Source of the DNA: Tubiluchus corallicola | Taxonomy: Eukaryota > Animalia > Priapulida | DNA length: 64,000 bases | NCBI GenBank assembly: GCA_030141605.1 | Contig: JAQGDQ010000207.1 | Coordinates: 101,347 to 165,346 of the forward strand | Direction of reading: 5' to 3' | Shown: one piece after another, positions 13,848 through 26,751 of the stretch | Layout: each line of letters starts with the position of its first letter | How positions within the stretch are numbered: the first letter of the stretch is position 1 | The notes under the pieces: model-generated | What the model saw: the letters and a program-made list of their open reading frames with translations, nothing else | Told to the model about the DNA's origin: nothing | Database searches by the model: none | Program-made: the position numbers and the translations under genes

Positions 13848-13960
13848 CTGTCACTGAGAACGAGACCTTCTTGTCCCGGGGGTGGCAGTGCTAACTGGAA
13901 TGGTGTATTAAAGTAGTGCTGTTGCTCTTCCGACCTGTGTACAACTTCCCCCTTTCTCAC
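13848..13960 (-). CDS. PPTC7: PPTC7 exon 4
   Basis: tttcag|[37 protein letters not shown]; donor AG|GTAGGA; not shown in the ORF track. Confidence 0.95.
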
Positions 13961-14294
13961 CTGAAAATTTGAAAAAAATCTTGCAAGAGTGTTCTAACTT
14001 GCAAACGATATTTCACGAGATAGCAACTACTAAACACGAATCAGAACCTGCCTTGACCACAAGAGCTGAGTGGTCTAGCGACTCTTGGACATTGAGCTGG
14101 CCACTTTAAAAGGTCACAGATTTAAGAACTGATTTTTCATAATTCCTTCTTCCAGCAATGATTAGATTTCACAAACTCCACATTTATTCATCAGATACTA
14201 GTTTTCTGTTATGAACTAAAACACAAATGAAACCTAATATTAATATACAGTCTAAAATTACCTATACAAAATAATAATTTATAAGAATTTCCTT

Positions 14295-14490
14295 TAGGAC
14301 ATAGTCCAAGGTTGCACCATAAGTAACTCAGTGTTTATTTCCTAAGTGGCCCCGATTATTATTGCCCACCTGTTAGTTTGACAAGCCCACATGCTTAGTT
14401 GGAAAACCAGGTGTACCATTTTTAAGTCTTTGATACGACTCAGTCAGGAGTTGAACCCGCGACCCCCCAAGTATTATACCACCTGGTCTT
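14295..14490 (-). mobile_element. tRNA-derived SINE (Meta-domain-like core)
   Basis: Minus strand B-box GGTTCAACTCC followed by AAAGACTTAAAAATGGTAC; related copies at about 36770..36940 (-) and 11600..11660 (+). Confidence 0.6.
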
Positions 14491-15177
14491 CGGAGTTTAA
14501 AACGTGAGTGCACTCAAGCAGAGGTACAGCCCCAAGTTCGTACTCTCTTACAGACTGAAACCACCAGACATACAATACGTGCGTATAAATTCATTTTGCT
14601 ATTTTGACACTTTCTGACCTCGACTTTGACCTTTTCAATCTAAACGCAATCTGTTTCCAAGGCTGATGATGATGATCTACCCACACGAGGGGATTTTAGC
14701 TTCATCCATTTTGATTTTACTGTGAAGACGGGCACATCGGTCCGTGACTACAAGCTCTACCGATGCGCTTATGAGAATAAAAAACTCATTTTGATAATAA
14801 AAATCATCTGCCTGTCTTCCAATAGCTTCTTGAAACTGCAGCTATTTTTTGTCATACTTAAGTTAGCGGGAACATGCTAATGGTTTCAGATTGTGACACC
14901 AACAGTGGCTAGTTGTCATATAAGTTTTGTATCTATTACGTCTGTGATGAAAAGATTTGAAATTACAAGTTGCAAGTTGAAATCTGAAAGTTCTTAAGTT
15001 TTTATTCCATTCTGCAGTGAAGGCTGCATGCCACATTGGCCCTACGATCACTAGGATGCCACAACGATGGTACTGCGATCATTAGGGAAGTAATGCGATT
15101 GATGTGATCACCAGGCATGACAAAACAATGCAGTGACCACCCACATTAATGCTGAAATCTCCAGCAAATACCTAACA

Positions 15178-15589
15178 CAGGGTTTCCACAGAATTTTAAA
15201 ATAAATTTTCCTGACTTTTCCCTGACCAAATATTGATTTTCCATGACCAAGATAAGCAGAAATTGCATTGCCACTATACATATTCAAACATTTTTGTGTA
15301 TGGGCATTCATACATATACTGTGTGTATATATAATGTGTTGGCCAACTATTATTTTTGTAACAGAAACCAGAACTGGGAGCCTCCCATAGCAAAATTTTA
15401 TTTGAACATGAATTGCTGAAAAATCTGTTTGGAAAAATATCAGTTCACGTTGAGTATTTTTGCAACCCATTTTTATAATTTTCGTGGAATTTTTACCAAA
15501 TAATCCTTTTCTCTGACTTTGCCATGACTTTCCAGGATAGCCTGTATTTTCAAGGATTTTCCAGGATTTTCCCGACCCTGGGAGCCCTG
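15178..15589. mobile_element. hAT-like MITE, copy 1
   Basis: CAGGGTTTCCAC ... TGGGAGCCCTG termini; colinear with the copy at 16223..16717. Confidence 0.75.
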
Positions 15590-16222
15590 CTGATATATAC
15601 TCCCCCAGAAGAATGAAAAAATGAAAAAACTTAAAAGGTATTTATTTACAAAACTTTAACTAAAATAATCTATCTTGAATTTTGTTTGCAAGATTATCTT
15701 TAAAAGCTATTTCACAGTATTCCAATCATTTTCCATCTATAAAAGTTATTTCACATTAGTCCAATCATTTTCCAAAAAAATAACAATAATATACTTTAAC
15801 CGAACTTTTGTCTACTGAATAATTGAATCTTTCATAAATTTTCGCTTTGTCCTGATATATTTGCTTTGAACGAAGATGTTATAAAATGCAGAACAAAAAC
15901 ACATTAAACTGGGAAATCACAGCAACCTTGAGACAATCATATTTGCAGACACTGATGCACGAGTGATCACAGTTGTAAAACCACTTAAGGCGAAGGTTTT
16001 GCATCTATTCATTTAAGTCAGTCGATGAAACATGGATTAGAAATCGCCGATCCTGATACAACATCATTTTGAGAAAACCGAAGTACTTGCATCTGTCTGT
16101 TGAAATCAAACTCATTAGGCAAAAGCAGCAATCAGAAATGAAAATCTGTCTGAACTGTCGAAATGAATAAAAGTAAGAAAAACTGGCGTAAAACAACAGA
16201 GTTCAGGTTACTGAATATGTTA

Positions 16223-16717
16223 CAGGGTTCCCACAGAATTTTTAGAGTCAACTTCCCTGACTTTTCTATGACTTTTCCCTGACCAAATATTGATTTTCCA
16301 TGACCAAGATCAGCAGAAATTGTATGACCAGTACACATATTCAAACATTTTTGTGTATGGACATTCATACATATACTGATATATAATGTGTAGGCTCAGT
16401 TGCAGCACTGCTAACAAAATTACACTAATCACATTAAATAAACTTTCTTAATCCAATCATTATGTTTGGAGCGAAAATCGAAACTGGGAGCCTGCCATAG
16501 CAAAATTCCATTGGAACACGAATCACTAAAAAAAATTTTTGGAAAAACATCGGTTCACTGCGATTATATTTACAACCCTTTCCAATTTCCTTGACTTTTT
16601 GCCCTATTTTCATCATTTTCTCTAACCTTTCTATCAAATTATCTTTTTCCCTGACTTTTCCATGACTTTCCAGGATAGCCTGTATTTCCAGGATTTCCCC
16701 CGACAGTGGGAATCCTG
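16223..16717. mobile_element. hAT-like MITE, copy 2
   Basis: CAGGGTTCCCAC ... GTGGGAATCCTG; partial TSD ATATG. Confidence 0.78.
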
Positions 16718-17412
16718 ATATGAGTTTTAATCTTGGCTTTTCTTTCAAGGGGGAATCCAGGTTCAAAGAGAAGGGAGTGGGAAACAGGAAAGGTGAAAAT
16801 GAGGCAAAATTAACCAAAACAACAGCAGATAGAAAATACAATTATTAAGCGAAGTACAAACGGGTATTAAACTTGGCAACATATACACAAATTTGTTATG
16901 ACTACTGTGTGTATGTAAAAGGTCATAGTTAAAACAGGTTTTGGTCGCATTGTTTTTCCACCCCATTTGTGGACATGTAATGTACACGTAATTTTTATTT
17001 TGGTCAATAAACTAACCAACCAACTCTATATCCAAACTAACAATTTGTAGGCTAATTACATGATCATTTTTGGTGTTTTTTTACAATTCGGCACAATTCA
17101 AGGCAGAATGGCAAAGCTTAGTCTACTTAATGTGGGTGGTTGTGGAAGGACCAATACCTGTCTGATTACCAAGACCGAATGTGTAAGATAAGACACTTGA
17201 GTGAAAAGAATTGTTTTACCCAATCTGAAAATTCATACATCCCTTTTCAACAAGGTGAGCTGGCAGAATGAGTGTTACCCAAGGCAACCGTCCAGTGGTC
17301 AGCTTCACACACTGTGACCACTCGACTTTTCCCTTACCGAGTGATCTGAACGTAATGCGTTTTTTACTCTATATAGATTTACATAACTATGCTCAGTGTG
17401 CACCATACTTAC

Positions 17413-17498
17413 AATTAGATAGCCACTGTCACCTAGGTTGGCCGTGTAAATTGTGCGATTTAATCGATCTAAGACAGCTATGCATACTGTACTGCTTC
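17413..17498 (-). CDS. PPTC7: PPTC7 exon 3
   Basis: [29 protein letters not shown] (PP2C ANLGDSG motif); tttgcag acceptor, GTAAGT donor. Confidence 0.95.
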
Positions 17499-20400
17499 CT
17501 GCAAAGACATAAAATACAACATACTGGATAAACAAATATCAAAATGTAATATTAACAAAATGTAATATTTATTTAAAAAGAGGAATAAAACGCTATTTTT
17601 AAGTACGCCCCAAAGAACTTTCCACACAAAGTTATATTATTTTGCATTGTGCTTACCTGTTTGAAAGACGTACGTAATTAGAAAAGAAAATTCTTAATAA
17701 TATGAAATATTCGCACCACCTGGTAAAATGTCATGGCATAGCCATCCCAGTGTGCACCACTGATTCACCAAAAACACATCATTGCTATTACTGACAATAT
17801 AAAATAATTTAAACTTTGGCTTAGTTAGCGAAGAGTGCGCAATGAATGTTCTGATTGTTTTTCAAACTTTACGCAATGTTATCTAAACTTATACCAAACG
17901 ACTTACCCTTAAAATGGCTGCAACTAATTGTCATCGCGAGAATTTAAATTTACAAGTGTTATACAGTGTTACTGCTAACGCAAGCCCGTAAGGCAATAAG
18001 GCAGCATTTAAATTTTAAAGGCTATAAAATTTCAAGACGAATTTTTTAAGCTTTACTTATGAGAAGTGTTTTCTTGTGCTTTAAGCAGATGCAATTGCGA
18101 AAAACTTTCAGACGCTACTTCAAAGACATTCAAGGGCAAATGCACAATAATACGATGATAATAATAAGTTTGAAATGTTTAAATTAGATCAAGAGATTAG
18201 TAAGTGCTGTGCCATTCACGAGTAAATAGTGGCAGCAAAGTGCAAAAAATTTGATAGCCTGGCTAACTAAATCAGAGAGCCTGAAGGCTATTTTGCAGAC
18301 AATAATAAAATCCCGAATGGATGTACAATATACTATTTGATAAAAGCCACATACAACAGGGCTATGTAATGCATTGCTACATACAAGGACATTGTTATAT
18401 AGACCACAATGCACTACAAAGCCCTGATGTATGCATTTTTTTTACCAAACATAGACATTTATTTTCTCCAATAATGTCGCACAAATTTCCAGTTTACGCA
18501 GAAAAACAAACTTTACTTTATCCACGGAGATCGGACGAGGAAAGACCATAGGTCATCTAGTCACTCGCCCTTTATAATTTAATATTGTAATAGCAGAAAA
18601 AGAATTGATGACACTGGAAGCAATTATTAGTAATTACTTAAATAAACTGATCAAAATGAAGCAATAACAAAAGGGAAAAAAATGTAAAACAAACACAACA
18701 ATATAAACATTCCAGCCATTAGTGACAATGTGAAAAAGTTGAAATGTGAATCGTTGCATAACAAAGATGAGATAAGTGAAGAAAAAATAATAATAAATGC
18801 AGATGACGAATAAGTATTGCAATAAATAGTTGCAAAATAAATAAAATGGTAATTAGTACTGTACACTGTACACAAGTAATTGCTAATTAGGTATAGTCCT
18901 ACACAAAAAATATGCATTAGCAAATTTTTTAAAACTAATTTTTATAAACAAAACAGTGGTAAAACAAAATGACGATGAAATTAATCACAATGCTGTAGTT
19001 TATGCGGATTTCCCATATTAAACGAATTTACATGGAATATTAGGAACAGTATCTCTGACGTATTACATCATTTAATGCAATAATGCTATTTAATGACATC
19101 AAGCTAAGCCTCCAGAGATTTATACTTAGTCAACAGGCATACCGTATAAATTCACGCACGGATATTTGTTACTACATTGTACGGTACACAAGGCAGTCAT
19201 TAAATATTTACGTAGCTTTACAGAGAAGCTAGATATTGTTACACTGTATTACGAAGTAACTGGTTTACTCTTAAACAAATTTACAATATTTAGGTGACCT
19301 CGAACTCATGATTATATAAATATATGCATGCTAATCCAGGAGCAAATTTGGCTGCCGTTAAAGCTAACTGGATAAGACTAAAAATAAAAAGTAGACCATG
19401 CCCCCAGATGGCATTACAGAGAAATGGGGTAGTCAATTATTCACCCAAAGTTGTAAATATTAGAGAAATATGTTTTTCACAGTTTTGGGTAACCGTTGTT
19501 GAGTTAGTTGGGGGCTTAATAACACTTAATACTGTTAAAGACACTCTGCGAGCTTCAAAATGCGTAATTTTTGGTCAGGGAAGGTTTTAAGCCAATTAGA
19601 CGAATTTGTTCAAACTGGACCCACACACATACTTGAGTGGAAGATGCTAAAATGAATCAGTGAGTGCCCAATGTGCACGAAGTTTCTTGATACTGTGAAG
19701 GGAGTGAAACTATTCAGTCTGTCCTCGTATATTTATGTTTCAATGTGTTTTACAGATCGTTTGTTTATTTGTTTTTGTAATTTTAGTTTATAGTTGCCAT
19801 TTATCTTTTTAAAAAGGTAACTGGCGAGCTCCATATGCATTAATTAGATCACCATTGCATTTTAATTTTACTAATTTGTCGACGATATTCAAACCTTCAA
19901 CACAGAAAGAACGATGTTAATGAGACTATATAACATAAGGTTTGGAATATAAAGTTGTGTTGTTTGTTAAATATGTTCAAAGTGTTTAAACTGTTCTGTA
20001 GCATTTGCGTGGTAGAGTGTCCCACTAACAACTTTGTAATTAGGCTCCTCACTTCCTAGCACCAGCTCTGTTTTTGTTAATGCTGTAATGCCAACTTATG
20101 TAGTCTACAAGGCCAGATTATCCTATATAGGTTATTATAGGCTGCAATCTAGGGCCCTTGAGGCTTTGGTAACAATTAATATTGGTAAAAAATCTGATAT
20201 TGCACTATGCTTGTGTTGCACAATATATGCTAATTTGGTTTGCAATAAATAGTAAAATAGTGTGACTATTTTAGTTTGTAACTATTTATTGTGATACTTA
20301 TTCATCATCTGCATTTGTTATTATTCTTCTTTTTAATTATGCCATCTTTGTTATGCAACAATTCACATTTCGACATTTTTCACATTGTCACTAATGGCTG

Positions 20401-21254
20401 GAATGTTTCATTATTGTTGTGTTTGTTTTATATTTTTTCTCTTTTGTTATTGCTTCATTTTGATCATTTTATTTATATTGCTAAAATAATATTTTTACTG
20501 ACAAACAAATTATAGCTATTGAAGAAGTTTACTTCAAGCTAAATAAATGTCGCTAAAATGTATCACGAGTAAAAATATTCAAAACTCTAACAGTTAGAGG
20601 GTGGCTCCGTGTGAGGAGGGTCCGTAAATTCATTAGCCTAGTGGCCCCAAAAGGTAATAATCCGGCCTTGGCAATCGTCTATTAGATCAGTTAAAATTTG
20701 TAAATTTGATCCTAACAAGTACTGGCTGTTGTCAACTTGACATTTCAAGCATGAATTGAAAAAAAAATATTGAAACAAGTGCCACACATGCGTCTGCCAA
20801 TAATAATAAACAAGCGAAAAACTGCCAAAACGCCGCATTTATCCAGTCAAAAAGCTTGAAAAAACTAAGCTTTTAGCAATATGAGACGAGTTAATCAGTA
20901 AAAGATAGTGCTTTTAGCAATTTAAGATGAGTTAATTAGTTTGCCTGTTAGCTATGTTATGGAGCACTGAACTCAGTATGTCGGTCACACAACTGTGAGA
21001 AACTGCTAACAGAGCTTAATGTTGCATTTGGTAACACTAATGCTATCATACTGCTTATCAACAAACACACACAGATCACAGCTAACATGTTTACATAATG
21101 TATGTATAGATTGTAGAAGCTTCATTGAGTCAAATAAACAGACAATACCAGTAGCTTTGAAAGGATCTAAGTGTAAAAATATGATAAGTTTACATGTGCT
21201 GGGAATACCGGAAAAAATTGCTCAGGTAAAACACGAGTTGCTGGACTAAATATA

Positions 21255-22013
21255 TCAGGTGGTGCAAAAAACGTCCGGAAGTTTTTATCACGATGCTACA
21301 AGAAAATAATGGAAATCCTTGAGAGGCACAATATTGATGTTATAGATGTTTGTGTATAAACAGCAAAAATTTTTGACCATTCCCTTAAATTTATCCAAAG
21401 AAATAGAAGCTTTAAAACGACAAGTCAAAAAAATAAACGCCAGAAAAAACATCGTATCACTAATTGTTATAAATTAATTTACAGCAATGTGCTCTGAGAT
21501 TTCGCTCTTTTCACTGTTTTTTCCAAAAGCTCACGCAGTTTTTTACCTTATCAAGGGGCATTCAGTCGCAGCACTCAACAGTTTTAGCCATTTCCTTTCT
21601 GACGGCTCTGTACACCTGTCATATAAACGTGTTTTCTGGGAGTTCTTAAGTTTCATTTTTTTCTTGACAACAAATTTTTATCAGCACTTTATTTTCTGCG
21701 ATAAATGCCATAATGCAAACTGGTTTATTTCGTTATTATTTTGTTGCCAGGTATTGAGAGTTCTAAATACATCAGCATGACTTTTTTTAATTGAAGATGC
21801 CTAGCTCACATTGTTCTGGATTTAATTTTAAAAGTATTTCATGCAAAAGTATTTCAAAAACAACTTGAAAATTACTAAAACCATAAACTTGTAACTTTCG
21901 CAGGTAAAAGTCAGCGATATTATAACATCATGTTGTGTAATTTCAGCTTCGAAGAACACTTACTTCTATTGTTATTATAACCGAATTTTGGTGCATTTTT
22001 TCCGCACCACCCA
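21255..22013. mobile_element. Tc1/mariner-like non-autonomous element
   Basis: TA|TCAGGTGGTGCAAAAAA ... TTTTTCCGCACCACCCAA|TA. Confidence 0.6.
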
Positions 22014-23552
22014 ATATGTGCAGAGGCACTTGTCAATGCTTTTACAAGTGGATATTCCTAAAGCAGAACAGCTGCTTGTAAATCCAACCCTCCATCCCCA
22101 AGTCTCCTATCTGTGGAACTGTTGATGATAAACAGACCAACGGCTTTTTATCTGAGGTAAATCTAACAGGAGCCAAAAAAAGAAAAAAAGAGAAGCCTAA
22201 GGGACTCGACATTCGATATGAGCTAACAGCACATCAGGGGGGGGGGTAACCAGATCACAATTACATGGAATGTAGATATACATAGATGGGAGTAGCTTTG
22301 TAAGCCCTAGTTGGACTAATGACCTAGCTTCAATTTCTCCAATGAACATGTAAAGAGTGAGGGTGGATAACGGTGCAAGTTTGGTCTTTCTGCAACCGTC
22401 TCCCTTGTTAACTATGTAATCGCAAAGGAATTTTTGTTATAGTTTTTTTAATGTACGAGACGAATAAACTCAAATTTAATTCAATTCAATTTAATTTAAC
22501 CTGATAAGTTTGGAGTTTTTGCATGTCTGTGTAATAAATGCGCTCTACATAGTCTAGGTAAACTTCAGACTTAGAACTCATATGGACACTATTAATCAAT
22601 GCGAAACTAATTACCAGGTACAACGTGAGTAAAGTAATCGCTCTTAATGAGCAGCAACTATTATTTGCTCATAATACATACTGCGGTTTCCTGCCGCGGT
22701 ACATTAATATGTCATCGTCATCAGGTAGATTCCATCGGCTGTAAATCTACAGCAATTTCAGTTCCCGTGATCATTGATCAAGGACTTGGCAAAGTGCGTC
22801 TGTTTTTAATTCCATTATATACAAATTTGCATTGAATCGTTTGATGTAAAAATGATGTGAAATGTAGAAATGGAGATCATCATCTCATGGCGGGGTTTGG
22901 GGGCAGTACCACAGAGATTTTTTGTATTTTTTTGCAGACAAAATAAACATGGGGAATTTTTAGGTGCTATCAAGCTTTCTTAGGATATTACAGTTCACTA
23001 TTTTTTTGCTTCTTTTGTATACGTGAAAAAATGCTCAATTGCACCCAAAACTGCTTAATTTTAAATTTTGATAATGTTACATACATTGTGAGACACACAA
23101 ATGCTTACTAGTAGTACCACTAATTGCATCGCGGTTGGTACTGATGGTGAAGGAAGCCACTTGATTATGCAAAATTGCCTGGGAAGTTGTGAGATGCATG
23201 AAATATGAAATTTACTACACGTGTGTGTGTGTGTGTGTGGGGGGGGGGGGTGTGCATGCATGAGTGCGTATGTGAAGTATTCAAAGCACATGGGACACAT
23301 TGCATGGGCAAATGAACGAATGACTACACGGCCTAACATGCTGATAAGACTTTTGGCAGTCCTTACTGGTGGTTTTTAAGAAAGGATAAATATTCGGCTT
23401 AACATAATTTTAGGCTTACAGTACTCAATAATAATAATCAATTTATTTCACTCCAGTCATATTTCCCACTGTTTCTTATGTAGGAAGTAAGAAATAGCTC
23501 CAGTTAAAAAATTCTGCAATATATAAAAGTAAGTTATGCACTTGATACTTAC

Positions 23553-23732
23553 CTAAAATAGGAGATTTAGATTCTAATAATTCACTATAACTAGTTGCAA
23601 TAATTTCCACTGGAAACTGAGGAGTAAATTCTCCAAGTTCAACAAGCCGCTCGCATGTTTTCATCAATGACGAGGAAAACAAAGAGGGATCGATGCCGTA
23701 ACGCCTCCAACCCCCAACTCCATCTGCTACTC
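23553..23732 (-). CDS. PPTC7: PPTC7 exon 2
   Basis: ttacttag|GA..., [31 protein letters not shown]...SPILG; donor G|GTAAGT; 180 nt, phase 1-1. Confidence 0.95.
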
Positions 23733-23776
23733 CTAAGTAAACCAATATGTAAAATTTAATGTTTGAAATTTTAGTA

Positions 23777-24218
23777 CAGTCAACCTCGAATATAAGGTAC
23801 TCGCTTATAAAGGACACTTGCTTATAAGGGACCACCAACACCGGTCCCGATTTTTCGTAACGTTTTTCCTATGTAACAATCTTCGTATATATGTTACTCG
23901 AATACAAGGTACAATATCTTTAGGTCCAACGTAATAGAAACCCAGGTAAATTACCTCGCATATAAGGCACCCTATGATCAAAGTGAAATTGATTGATTTT
24001 TAACCTCAATTTTTCGCAAACTGGGCCTTTGAACAGCTCGATTTCCGTGGTCACATACATCTCGCATCACTGTTTGCACTGAATGTGTAGCAACAATCCA
24101 CAAAAATATGGGTAAAAGTACAGGTCTAGATACATCCTCAGTCTGACTCAACTTCGGCTATAAGGGACATCAGATAAAAGGGACGGTTTTTTCCGGTCCC
24201 TTATATCGAGGTTAACTG
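23777..24218. mobile_element. Tigger-like MITE, copy 1
   Basis: TA|CAGTCAACCTCGAATATAAGG ... CCTTATATCGAGGTTAACTG|TA; about 45 bp from the PPTC7 exon 2 acceptor. Confidence 0.88.
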
Positions 24219-24920
24219 TATTTCTAGGTTAATCTAGTTAGATACAACATATAAAAATGATTATAAATACTTATGTAAGTTTATTTTTCTCTTCTGCAAG
24301 AAAAAGTAGCACCTACATAATACCTTTATAACCAAACTGACTCATTTATCACATATTATACTTTATATAAAACTTAAAAAAAGTAGTCAAAACTGACATT
24401 GTTTTAGTCTGACGAATTGCTTTGACTTGCAGCGACTGTGAGTTACATTTGGCAGTTGTTATCGCTCTCTTTTAAGTGATAATTTAATGCACCATTTGAT
24501 TAATTTCTGTTTTGTTTCTTAAATTTACATATCTGGGCTGCACCGGCTGACACAAGATTTTCTTCTTGGTGTCGTCCAGAGGCATACCAGCAGCCTCAAT
24601 GAAAATTATAATTTTATATTAATGTTTTCTGTGTCAAAATTTATGTTAATTTAATGCTTTCTGTGTAAATTGTCATTGTAAATTTGTATGCTCATGCCAT
24701 GGTAAATCTAGTAATAAGTTCTAAAAAAATCTTTTAATCAGCTCTAAACATATAAAAACCAAAGCAATTATTGATGTTATAGTAACTTCTTCAGTGTATA
24801 AATTAAACACAATTTATACACTGTATTGTACTTATAATATAAGCCTAAATAAATATGTCTAAGGACCTGTTATTTAAAACTAAATAAATTCAAATAAACT
24901 AGGTTATTACTTTTACCCAC

Positions 24921-25128
24921 CCAATACATCAGCTGCTTTGTTGGATGCTATAAAACACGCATCATCGCCATGAACATTTCTTCTGTGTATTGCAGCAGGA
25001 GAGCCTAAATCTTTAGCAACACCGCTTGCTGCAGAGATTAATCTGAAAGACTTGCTAGAAACTTGATTGTTGTTTAATCCAGCTAATGCTCGGGCTAGCA
25101 AACGTCCGTACACAACAACTGACTGCAT
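24921..25128 (-). CDS. PPTC7: Protein phosphatase PTC7 homolog, coding exon 1 (mitochondrial-transit-like N-terminus)
   Basis: ATG at 25128, MQSVVVYGRLLARALAG...HGDDACFIASNKAADVLG; GDDACF is the PPTC7 motif; donor G|GTGGGT, phase 1. Confidence 0.93.
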
Positions 25129-25322
25129 ATCATGAAGAGTCAATCAAAACTACGGCAATACATCAATAAGCCGCATAACCAGAAGACCTGCCGTAAAATT
25201 TCGGTTGAACAATCAAAACACATGAAAGTCAATCGCCATGCTTCCCTTCAAGGTGACAGAAATGTTAACGCGAGATTTCACGTGACCGCGAGTTTAAAGA
25301 TGTCAGCACCCGTTACGTGTCG
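25129..25322. promoter_or_regulatory. Putative compact bidirectional promoter of PPTC7/DPH2 including the DPH2 non-coding first exon
   Basis: CpG-enriched stretch between the divergent genes; E-box TCACGTGA at 25278..25285; plus-strand donor CG|GTAAGT after 25322. Confidence 0.6.
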
Positions 25323-26213
25323 GTAAGTGTGACCAATAAATTATGAAAAACTGTTTAAAGAATACTAAAAACTTAATTTTATCACCTCGTACCCACTTCT
25401 CTGATCAAAAACTAGTACTACAATTGTAAAAAACTTGTATTTTCAAATTCCAGTAGTAATTTGTAGAAGCAGGATCGTCTTAATATTGATTTGGATGCGT
25501 GAGACTGTAGACCTTATGAACTGCTTCAAAATAATAAGTGGAAATACTGTTCTGACTAAGACAGTCTTTTTTCCAGGCCTCACAGAGTTCTTCGTGGTCA
25601 TGAGTCTGAGTTATTTGTGCAATCAGCTAGAACCAACATCAGATCACACTTCTTTTGGCATCATGTAGTTCAACCATAGAATCATCTTTCATCATCAACC
25701 ATCAGTGCTTCATCAGTTGACAGTTGCAAAAGGCATATGAGAGAGGACCATTTACAGATAGTTACCATCTAGGTCCTTATTTCTTTGGATAAGGTAGCAG
25801 TCATTTTGCTTCAGATTTTTTCTTTTGCCAAACCCAGATCTTTGTCAGTAAGAGCTATCTACTGAATTTAAACATAACTTCAACTTGTTTTTGAAAAGTC
25901 CATAGCAGCCAATAATTGTGTGGTTGCTAAGTGTTTTGTAGCAACACGACACAAGACAATGGCTAACTTTAACAGCGTTTTTCTCAAAATTATGTTTTTG
26001 AGTGTGCAGCCTGCACCTCAACTTGAACGCGGATTATCTCAGCTTTGAAATAACAAGGAGCATTATGTTTCCTCATGAATGGAGATTCAGGATATGTGAA
26101 TGACTAGAAAATCTTAATTGCTGACTTGTAGAAGATTTTGCTATGCAAATATATATTAACTTCTTTTGCATCATTTTGTTTTTTTAGGTAGCAGTTAAGA
26201 AACTTCAAAAAGA

Positions 26214-26360
26214 ATGACAACACGGTTCAGCAGTGATGGATGTGATGTCATTAAGCGACAAGTGACAACAAAGCCGACCGGTGCTTCTCGCCAAAATATT
26301 GCTGAATACTATGAGACTGACCGCTCAGTGACATGGATACTTAGCAATGAGTTTAAAGTG
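26214..26360 (+). CDS. DPH2: Diphthamide biosynthesis protein 2, first coding exon
   Basis: Acceptor tttttag ending 26187; ATG 26214 with in-frame TAA upstream; MTTRFSSDG...EYYETDRSVTWILSNEFKV; donor GTATGT. Confidence 0.85.
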
Positions 26361-26459
26361 GTATGTGTGTCCATTACCTGGCAACATTAGGATTTAGGAT
26401 TTAGCAACAAGACACCACATGCAATACACACGCACGCAGGCAGACCGCACGCAGGCAGA

Positions 26460-26487
26460 CACACACACACACACACACGGAGGGAGG

Positions 26488-26573
<86 letters not shown>
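26460..26573. repeat. Compound (CA)n/(GA)n microsatellite
   Basis: about 9 CA units followed by about 40 GA units. Confidence 0.97.
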
Positions 26574-26576
<3 letters not shown>

Positions 26577-26635
26577 TAATAAATATTAATTATAAATGTA
26601 TAGCCATTTAACTAAATAGATTTGTTTTGTTTTAG

Positions 26636-26751
26636 GTAGCTTTGCAATTTCCTGATAATTTATTAAATGATTCTGCATCAGTTACTAAGGAGCTGTCTCA
26701 GAAGATGGAAGGAGTGCAGTTTTTTGTGCTTGGTGACAGTACGTACGGAAG
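26636..26751 (+). CDS. DPH2: DPH2 coding exon 2
   Basis: VALQFPDNLLNDSASV...FFVLGDSTYGS, conserved Dph1/Dph2 motifs; AG|GTAAGA donor. Confidence 0.95.
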
